Under the pieces are notes generated by a model, which saw only the letters and a program-made list of their open reading frames with translations, made no database searches and was not told where the DNA came from. Position numbers and translations under genes: made by a program. Below are positions 57,851 through 64,000 of a DNA stretch of 64,000 nucleotides, piece by piece (position 1 is the first letter of the stretch; the number at the start of each line of letters is the position of its first letter). The DNA comes from Candidatus Kerfeldbacteria bacterium (GTDB lineage Bacteria > Patescibacteriota > Patescibacteriia > UBA10025 > JAHIVO01): assembly GCA_047946875.1 (NCBI GenBank), contig CP181398.1, forward strand, positions 143,154-207,153, read 5' to 3'.

Positions 57851-58129
57851 TTATCTTACTTTCTCTGCTGGATCGTCGAATGATATGTAGACTTTATCAT
57901 CTTTGCCACCATTTTCGACTGGATCAATCGGCTTAATGATGATGGTTCGGCTATTTTTTTCGAATCCGACAATATGTCCAGTGACTTCGCCATCATTCGT
58001 AAAAACCCTGATTTTTTTTGCGTGTCTTGGCATGGCGAGTTTTACGCCTCCGCCATCTTTTGGAAGTTGGGAAAGCAAATTTTTTGCAGTAGTGTGGATT
58101 TGCCTATTATCGGCTGTAGTGAAGCACAT
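57851..58129 (-). CDS. Hypothetical small protein (GC-richer)
   Basis: 92-aa ORF with a Gly-rich loop. Confidence 0.45.
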   Translation of the reverse strand: MCFTTADNRQIHTTAKNLLSQLPKDGGGVKLAMPRHAKKIRVFTNDGEVTGHIVGFEKNSRTIIIKPIDPVENGGKDDKVYISFDDPAEKVR

Positions 58130-58402
58130 ATAATCCCTCCAATGGAATAGTTATACTATTATCAATATCATTTGTTTTTTCTGATGATACATTTAATAGA
58201 ACTATCCATCGGGGTTTGTGAGGAGAGTACTCGATTTTTTCATTAAATTCCTCTAATAAAAAGGTTTGCGATTAAAAGCTTATTTATGCTTTATTATTTT
58301 TTAGGAGCATCTTTGTAGTCAATTTGACACCTTACTATATATTATTATAGGTGTCAATGGGGTTTTCAGCAAGGTCTAAAAATGATAAAATTATTATAAT
58401 AT

Positions 58403-59146
58403 ATGAGAATAAAAACAATAAAAACAAGGTTAGTATGTCCACCAAAGGACGACATATTTGAAGTTATCTCAAGGTCAATCAAAAGGATTTCAGAAGGATC
58501 TATTTTGGTAATTGCATCAAAGATTGTAAGTATTCACCAAGGTAGATGTATCCCAATAGATAAGGTATCTGATAAAGACGAATTAATTAAAAAAGAAGCT
58601 GATAAATATTTATCAAGGAAAGCTGTCCCAAAAGGATATGCTATCTTAACTTATAAAAATAAGCTATTAATTCCATCTGCTGGTATTGATGAATCTAACG
58701 TTGGTGATTATTATTTACTCTGGCCGAATAACTTAAATAAATTTACAAAGGAAATTTATAATTATTTACGTAAGAAATATAAGGTAAAAGATTTTGGCGT
58801 TATTATCTCAGATAGTCATACCGTACCATTACGTAGAGGGGTTATGGGGATTGCGTTATCATATTTTGGTTTTCGACCGCTTAATGATTATAGAGGAAAG
58901 AAAGATTTATTTGGTCGTAAGTTCGAAGTTGCCACTACTAATGTAGTTGACAGTTTGGCAGTAAGTGCAGTATTGGAGATGGGAGAGGGTACAGAACAAA
59001 CACCATTAGCCATGATCACAGAGTTACCATTTGTGAAGTTTAGCGCTAGACCATATAAACCAAAAGATAAAAATAAAAAATTAGAAATTTCATGGAAAGA
59101 AGATTTGTACGGACCATTGTTGAATGCTATTAAATGGAAAAAATAA
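58403..59146 (+). CDS. F420-0:gamma-glutamyl ligase (CofE)-like fold protein
   Basis: 247 aa. LIPSAGIDESN...GVIISDSH...GVMGIALSYFG resembles the CofE/F420-ligase family. The assignment is tentative. Confidence 0.45.
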   Translation: MRIKTIKTRLVCPPKDDIFEVISRSIKRISEGSILVIASKIVSIHQGRCIPIDKVSDKDELIKKEADKYLSRKAVPKGYAILTYKNKLLIPSAGIDESNVGDYYLLWPNNLNKFTKEIYNYLRKKYKVKDFGVIISDSHTVPLRRGVMGIALSYFGFRPLNDYRGKKDLFGRKFEVATTNVVDSLAVSAVLEMGEGTEQTPLAMITELPFVKFSARPYKPKDKNKKLEISWKEDLYGPLLNAIKWKK

Positions 59147-59147
59147 T

Positions 59148-60005
59148 ATGAGTAATAATAAACCCATAATTCAGTCATCGCAATATAAAGAATCTTTTTT
59201 TGAAAATATTATTAATCATCCTCGAAAATACTTTATAATAATATCAATAATTCTATTAGCAATAATATTTGGGGGCATCTTTTTTGATGCAAATGAATTT
59301 ACTTTTTTTATATTTAAGTATTTATTAAATCCGCTATTATATCTAACCTGTTTTATTACCCTTATTTACATAATTTATAAAAGGATTGGTATAGGGAATA
59401 TTTTGAAACATTGGGCACATTATTATAAATTTGATTTTGCACATGAAAATGTAAAAGAGAAAATTCAACAACGGTTTAATGAGAATTTAAGGAAAGGTTT
59501 TTTTAAAGCCAGATCAAATATTGAAGTATTTTTTTCACAGAAATTTTATATAAATGGTAAATATAAAGATCGTGATATAAAAGTATTTAGTATTATTGGG
59601 AATCCTAGTTTTTTGTCATATAATATTCCAACAATGGGTAATAAAAGAAAGTTTCATGGATATTGTTTTGAGATTTCAATAAGTAAAATTCCAACCCATG
59701 CGTTTATTACAAAAAATTTTTTAGGTGAAAAAGACAAGTTAGATATTGAAAGCAATGAGTTTGAAAAATTATATAACATTGACGTTTCTCGTAAAGGATT
59801 AGTATTACAATTATTAGATCCTGTTATACTAGAATTAATTCTTGATTCAGGTGTTACGGCGATTGAGTTTTCTGAATCAAGTATAATAATATATTCATTT
59901 AAAATATACGATTTAAAATATGAAACACTTGATCATATGTTAGAAAAAGGAATTAAAATTGCTGAACAGGTAGATAGAAATTTTCCATTAAGTAAGTATA
60001 ATTAA
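59148..60005 (+). CDS. Paralog A of an unknown-function family (2 TM plus a conserved C-terminal domain ending QVDRNFP)
   Basis: C-terminal domain YCFEISISKIP...LQLLDPVILELI...AIEFSESSIIIYS...IKIAEQVDRNFPLSKY is shared with 61082..61915 and 61908..62546. The track ORF starts at 59124. Confidence 0.65.
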   Translation: MSNNKPIIQSSQYKESFFENIINHPRKYFIIISIILLAIIFGGIFFDANEFTFFIFKYLLNPLLYLTCFITLIYIIYKRIGIGNILKHWAHYYKFDFAHENVKEKIQQRFNENLRKGFFKARSNIEVFFSQKFYINGKYKDRDIKVFSIIGNPSFLSYNIPTMGNKRKFHGYCFEISISKIPTHAFITKNFLGEKDKLDIESNEFEKLYNIDVSRKGLVLQLLDPVILELILDSGVTAIEFSESSIIIYSFKIYDLKYETLDHMLEKGIKIAEQVDRNFPLSKYN

Positions 60006-60006
60006 T

Positions 60007-60528
60007 ATGCTAATAATAACAAAAAAATTTACGTTAAGACCATTCAAAAAAACTGATGCAAAAGATATTGCTAAGTTTATCAATGACAAAACTATTTATA
60101 TGAATACTCTACATATTCCATATCCATATAGATTAAAAGATGCCAAAGAATGGCTGGCTAAAATTATTCCGCAATACCGGAAAGAAAAATCAAGAAGCTT
60201 TCATCTAGCCATAGAAATTAATAAAGAAGTGGTTGGGTGTGTTGGTTTGATGGAGATACAGGGTGGACATAAAGCAGAGCTAGGTTATTGGCTGGCGCGA
60301 AAACATTGGAAAAAAGGTATAATGAGTGAAGCGGTAAAAGAAATGATTTTGTATGGTTTTAAAAGATTTGTTTTAGTAAGAATTTATGCTCATGTTTTTA
60401 AACATAACAAGTCATCACAAAAGATATTAATTAAAAATGGTTTTAAAAAAGAAGGAATTGCAAAAAAAGGCATTATTAAGGACAGTAAATTTTTAGATGA
60501 AATTTTATTCGCTAAAATTATAAAATAA
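60007..60528 (+). CDS. GNAT-family N-acetyltransferase (RimJ/RimL-like)
   Basis: LRPFKKTDAKDIAKFIND...HLAIEI...VGCVGL... and a Q/RxxGxG/A-like acetyl-CoA loop. Confidence 0.75.
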   Translation: MLIITKKFTLRPFKKTDAKDIAKFINDKTIYMNTLHIPYPYRLKDAKEWLAKIIPQYRKEKSRSFHLAIEINKEVVGCVGLMEIQGGHKAELGYWLARKHWKKGIMSEAVKEMILYGFKRFVLVRIYAHVFKHNKSSQKILIKNGFKKEGIAKKGIIKDSKFLDEILFAKIIK

Positions 60529-61073
60529 TGGAAATAGAAATAAAAGCACAAGTAAAAAACTTTACTGAGGTAAAAAAGAATCTAAAAAAAATAGGTGCTA
60601 AGTATATTGGTAAAAAAAATCAGATTGATTATTATTATTCACTTTATAAACGCTCAATTGGCAAAAAAAGAGGTAGTGTAATGCGCGTTAGGCATGACAG
60701 AATTATTGGGGAGACTAGGCTAGAGTTTCATAAGCCTAAGAATATTTATGCAGCTGAAGAAATTGAATTAGAGGTACATAGTTTACCAATAGTAAAAAGA
60801 ATACTTAAGGAAATGAAAGCTAAACAAGAATTTGTAATTGATAAAGAGAGGTTGGTATACAGGAAAGGTAAAATAGAAATTGTTTTAGATACTATTAAAG
60901 CCCTTGGCACTTTTGTAGAGGTTGAGATAGAGGGTAGGGATACCAAAAAAAATAGAAAATTGTTATATAAGATGCTTGATCAACTAGGAATAGAAAAAAG
61001 TCAGATATTATTACATGAAAGATATCATGGAATGATATTAAAAAAGAGGGGGATAATGCATGCATATTTTTAA
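60528..61073 (+). CDS. CYTH-domain protein (class IV adenylyl cyclase / triphosphate tunnel metalloenzyme-like)
   Basis: N-terminal EIEIK (ExExK) motif, MRVRHD, and a second acidic strand EVEIE. Confidence 0.65.
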   Translation: MEIEIKAQVKNFTEVKKNLKKIGAKYIGKKNQIDYYYSLYKRSIGKKRGSVMRVRHDRIIGETRLEFHKPKNIYAAEEIELEVHSLPIVKRILKEMKAKQEFVIDKERLVYRKGKIEIVLDTIKALGTFVEVEIEGRDTKKNRKLLYKMLDQLGIEKSQILLHERYHGMILKKRGIMHAYF

Positions 61074-61081
61074 ATAGTTAT

Positions 61082-61915
61082 ATGGAAAAGATAAAAAAAC
61101 AAATCGTTTGGGTTGGTCCGTTAATTATTGTTTTATTGGCAGGATTTTTTGGAATGAGCCAATCGGGTTATGAAAGCGATATATTAGGAGTGGTACAATT
61201 AATTTTTGCATTGTTCATTTTATTATTGTTTGCAATAATGATTTTTTCTTTTAGTTCATTTTATTCTTGGAAGACCACAGTCAAAAAATGGGTGAGTGAT
61301 AACAATTTTAATTTAATTGAAGAGGGGAAAAAACTTCAATTGGAGCGCATAAATAGTAATCCAAATAAATCTTATTTTAATACCAGGAATATTAAATTTA
61401 ATATTAATAATAAGTATTTTGTTTTTGGTAATGTAAAAGGTAGGAAAATTTGGTTTTACCCATTTATCGGATACCCTCCACAGGGATCATATTTGCAAAC
61501 TTCAAAAAATCCATTCCATATGATTACAGATACAATATTACCAGTAGATAATTCAGTAGGTCATATTCAAGGTTGGTGTATGGAAATAGAAACAATTAAA
61601 TTACCATTAACTATGGATGTATACAGAACGTATGTAAGGCCAAAGGATGAAATAGATACTGAGAGTAATTCATTTGAAAGACTCTATCATATCGATGTTA
61701 AAAATGGACAAGGAACTTTACAATTACTTGATCCAGTCATGATAGAGATAATTACAAGTTCCAAAATTGTAGCTTATGAATTTTCCGATCGTAGCGTAGC
61801 ATTGTTCTATACTATGCATTCAATAAGTAGAGATAAAATTGATCAGATGTTAAATGTTGGTATTAAAGTAGCGGAGCAAGTAGATCGTAATTTTCCTTTA
61901 GGTAAATATGAATAG
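61082..61915 (+). CDS. Paralog B of the unknown-function family (2 TM plus conserved domain)
   Basis: WCMEIETIKLP...LQLLDPVMIEII...AYEFSDRSVALFY...IKVAEQVDRNFPLGKYE. Confidence 0.65.
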   Translation: MEKIKKQIVWVGPLIIVLLAGFFGMSQSGYESDILGVVQLIFALFILLLFAIMIFSFSSFYSWKTTVKKWVSDNNFNLIEEGKKLQLERINSNPNKSYFNTRNIKFNINNKYFVFGNVKGRKIWFYPFIGYPPQGSYLQTSKNPFHMITDTILPVDNSVGHIQGWCMEIETIKLPLTMDVYRTYVRPKDEIDTESNSFERLYHIDVKNGQGTLQLLDPVMIEIITSSKIVAYEFSDRSVALFYTMHSISRDKIDQMLNVGIKVAEQVDRNFPLGKYE

Positions 61916-62546
61916 TAATAAAAAAAATTTAGAAAAATGGGCAAAAGACAAAGGGTTAGATTTTTTTGCTATTAATGCAAGGAAACAGATTAAAAATCGT
62001 TTAAAAATGAATCCTAATAAAAATTTTTTTGCCGCGAATGAAATTAGACAAATATTTAATAGGTCTAATGCTGTGATGATACCTGAAAAATATATTGACG
62101 GTCCTTATATTGAGGGATATATCAGAAAAAGGATGATATATATCTACCCAATTAAAGGAGCAATGTTTTTGTCTCATTTTGGTAGTAATTTTATTGGAGT
62201 ATGTTTAGAAATAGGAACAAGTAAAATTCCTGTAAATGCTTTAGTAACGCGAAAATATTTATATGATTTTGATAAGTTAGATACTGAAAGTAGATATTTT
62301 GAAAAGTTATATGATTGCAACATCCAACGGGAAGGAAAAATTTTACAATTATTAGACCCAGTAATGATTGAATTAATAGAATATTCAAGTATCTCTGCAA
62401 TAGAGTTTTCCGATTCAAGTATAGTTTTATATAGTATTATTTTCCCCCCGAAGATAGAAAAAATAAATTATTTAACATATTGGGGAATAAAAATCGCTGA
62501 TCAAGTAGATCGTAATTTTCCTATGAGTAAATATGAAAAAAAATAA
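61908..62546 (+). CDS. Paralog C of the unknown-function family (soluble, no TM)
   Basis: VCLEIGTSKIP...LQLLDPVMIELIE...AIEFSDSSIVLYS...IKIADQVDRNFPMSKYE. Overlaps the stop of paralog B. Confidence 0.65.
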   Translation: MNSNKKNLEKWAKDKGLDFFAINARKQIKNRLKMNPNKNFFAANEIRQIFNRSNAVMIPEKYIDGPYIEGYIRKRMIYIYPIKGAMFLSHFGSNFIGVCLEIGTSKIPVNALVTRKYLYDFDKLDTESRYFEKLYDCNIQREGKILQLLDPVMIELIEYSSISAIEFSDSSIVLYSIIFPPKIEKINYLTYWGIKIADQVDRNFPMSKYEKK

Positions 62547-63039
62547 CCAAAAAATTATAATAGTAGATGAACAAGATAGTATTATAGATTTTAAATATCG
62601 AGAAGTTGTTAGTAAGCAAGATATTTATAGAGTTTCTGCATTATGGATAACAAATTCCAAAAGCGAAATATTGTTAGCACAAAGAGCGTTTAGTAAAAAA
62701 CGTAATCCGGGTCAATGGGGACCAGCCGTTGCTGGAACAAATGATAAGGGAGAGACTTATGAATCTAATATCATTAAAGAAGCGGAAGAAGAAATTGGTT
62801 TAAAAAACTTTGAATACAAAAAAGTTATGAAAGATAGAAGAACGGGTAGACTGGAAGGTTATAATTTTTTTTGTCAGTGGTTTAAGTCTATTATCGATAA
62901 AGATATTAATGAATTTGTTTTACAAGAAGATGAGGTAGAGAAGATAAAATGGTTTACTAAGGATGAAATTAATAATAAAATAGAAAATGACCCAAAAAGT
63001 GTGACTAGTTATATTGATTATTGTATTAATAATTTATGA
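62533..63039 (+). CDS. NUDIX hydrolase
   Basis: Nudix box GTNDKGETYESNIIKEAEEEIGL (GX5EX7REUXEEXGU). Confidence 0.8.
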   Translation: MKKNNQKIIIVDEQDSIIDFKYREVVSKQDIYRVSALWITNSKSEILLAQRAFSKKRNPGQWGPAVAGTNDKGETYESNIIKEAEEEIGLKNFEYKKVMKDRRTGRLEGYNFFCQWFKSIIDKDINEFVLQEDEVEKIKWFTKDEINNKIENDPKSVTSYIDYCINNL

Positions 63040-64000
63040 ATAAAAATAATCAAAAAAAAGATTTGTTTGATGATAAGTTGGCTAAAGATATAAAAGCTAA
63101 TGCGCCTTTAGCTGATCGTATTCGCCCAAATAGTCTTGAAGATTTTGTAGGTCAAGAGGATATTATTGGTAAAGGAAAAATACTTCGTAGAGTGATAGAG
63201 AATGATGAAATATTTTCTATAATTTTTTGGGGACCACCAGGATCAGGAAAAACAACTCTTGCTAATATAATTGCTGAGATGACTAAATCTTATTTTGTAA
63301 GTATTAGTGCCGTAACTTCTGGAATTAAAGATTTGAGAGAGGCGGCTAAAGAAGCACAAGATAGGAGAAAGCTTCATAATGAAAGAACTATTCTTTTTGT
63401 AGATGAAATTCATCGATGGAACAAAGCACAGCAGGATGCTTTTTTACCGTACGTAGAGAATGGCACAATTACTTTAATTGGAGCAACAACAGAGAATCCT
63501 TCGTTTGAAATCATCTCTCCATTACTCTCTAGATCAAGGGTTTTTGTGATGAAAAAGCATGGAGTTAAGGAGCTTAGTAAAATCATAAAAAGAGCGATTT
63601 TAGACGATAAATTAGGCCTAGGCATCCATAAGGTGCAGATTGCTCCAAAAGCCCTAGATACGCTAATACAGGCCTCAAACGGGGATGCTAGAACTGCATT
63701 AAACGCCTTAGAAATAGCTGTAAAAGTTACAAAAGCTGATAATAAGGGCATAAAGCATTTGGACCTAAATACTATAGAAGATGCATTGCAACACAAGGCT
63801 TTGCAATATGATAAAAAAGGGGAAGAGCATTATAATGTCATCTCTGCTTTTATCAAATCTATGCGTGGCTCAAATCCTGATGGAGCGTTATATTGGTTGA
63901 ATAGGATGGTAGAAGCAGGGGAGTCGCCTGAGTTTATAGCACGTCGGATGGTTGTATTTGCATCTGAGGATGTTGGTATGGCTGATCCGAAAGCATTACA
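63036..64000 (+). CDS. rarA: Replication-associated recombination protein A (RarA/MgsA AAA+ ATPase), 3'-truncated by window end
   Basis: ATG at 63036 overlaps the TGA of the NUDIX gene. RPNSLEDFVGQ, GPPGSGKTT, DEIHRWNKAQQDAFLPYVE, and the sensor-2 region. Confidence 0.9.
   Translation, partial: MNKNNQKKDLFDDKLAKDIKANAPLADRIRPNSLEDFVGQEDIIGKGKILRRVIENDEIFSIIFWGPPGSGKTTLANIIAEMTKSYFVSISAVTSGIKDLREAAKEAQDRRKLHNERTILFVDEIHRWNKAQQDAFLPYVENGTITLIGATTENPSFEIISPLLSRSRVFVMKKHGVKELSKIIKRAILDDKLGLGIHKVQIAPKALDTLIQASNGDARTALNALEIAVKVTKADNKGIKHLDLNTIEDALQHKALQYDKKGEEHYNVISAFIKSMRGSNPDGALYWLNRMVEAGESPEFIARRMVVFASEDVGMADPKAL

Noticed and set aside
63410-63796. 128-aa minus-strand ORF
   Set aside because: Antisense to rarA, whose plus-strand translation shows full-length AAA+ motifs. 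Spurious.
1-64000. CRISPR arrays, cas genes, rRNA, transposases/IS elements, integrases
   Set aside because: No regularly spaced direct repeats with unique spacers were found. No rRNA-like conserved stretches, DDE or serine/tyrosine recombinase ORFs were found either. The observed repeats are structured hairpin elements and segmental duplications, not CRISPR or IS.

Overview
This is an AT-rich (about 30-35% GC) bacterial chromosomal segment, densely packed with about 60 CDS and mostly small intergenic gaps. Its style fits a small-genome, Gram-positive-like or Patescibacteria(CPR)-like organism: CIRCE/HrcA heat-shock control, extended -10 promoters, and many membrane-anchored Cys-rich surface proteins. 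Recognisable housekeeping content includes the hrcA-grpE-hsp20-(zinc ribbon)-dnaK heat-shock operon behind a perfect CIRCE, dnaJ, cspA, dnaX, a DEAD-box helicase, greA, recX-like, truB and rarA. There is a purine interconversion block (IMPDH/GMP-reductase-like, adenosine deaminase, guaA, purA, purB), a NitT/TauT-type ABC transporter, one tRNA-Gln(CUG), and a partial solute-binding protein at the 5' edge. Accessory-looking content: (1) a family of 60-140 nt GC-rich nested-hairpin repeats with a TTGTCAT...ATGACAA outer stem at gene 3' ends, plus related CCTGCC/GGCAGG and CCCGCC/GGCGGG hairpin boxes; (2) segmental duplications bracketing inserted genes, namely a 75-nt copy of the truB 5' end and a shorter copy flanking two inserted genes, about 48-bp direct repeats around a secreted HExxH metallopeptidase gene, and a duplicated 75-bp promoter module; (3) an unannotated 51-aa CxxCxGxG miniprotein; (4) a tandem array of paralogous 10-Cys surface proteins; (5) a membrane-anchored Clp D1-only AAA+ protein in an apparent operon with a CorA-like channel lacking GMN; (6) a TraD/HerA-like ATPase next to a frameshifted small secreted-protein pseudogene; (7) a 3' cluster of three paralogous unknown-function proteins interleaved with GNAT, CYTH and NUDIX genes; and (8) several GC-richer ORFs suggesting horizontal acquisition. 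No CRISPR array, rRNA or transposase was seen.
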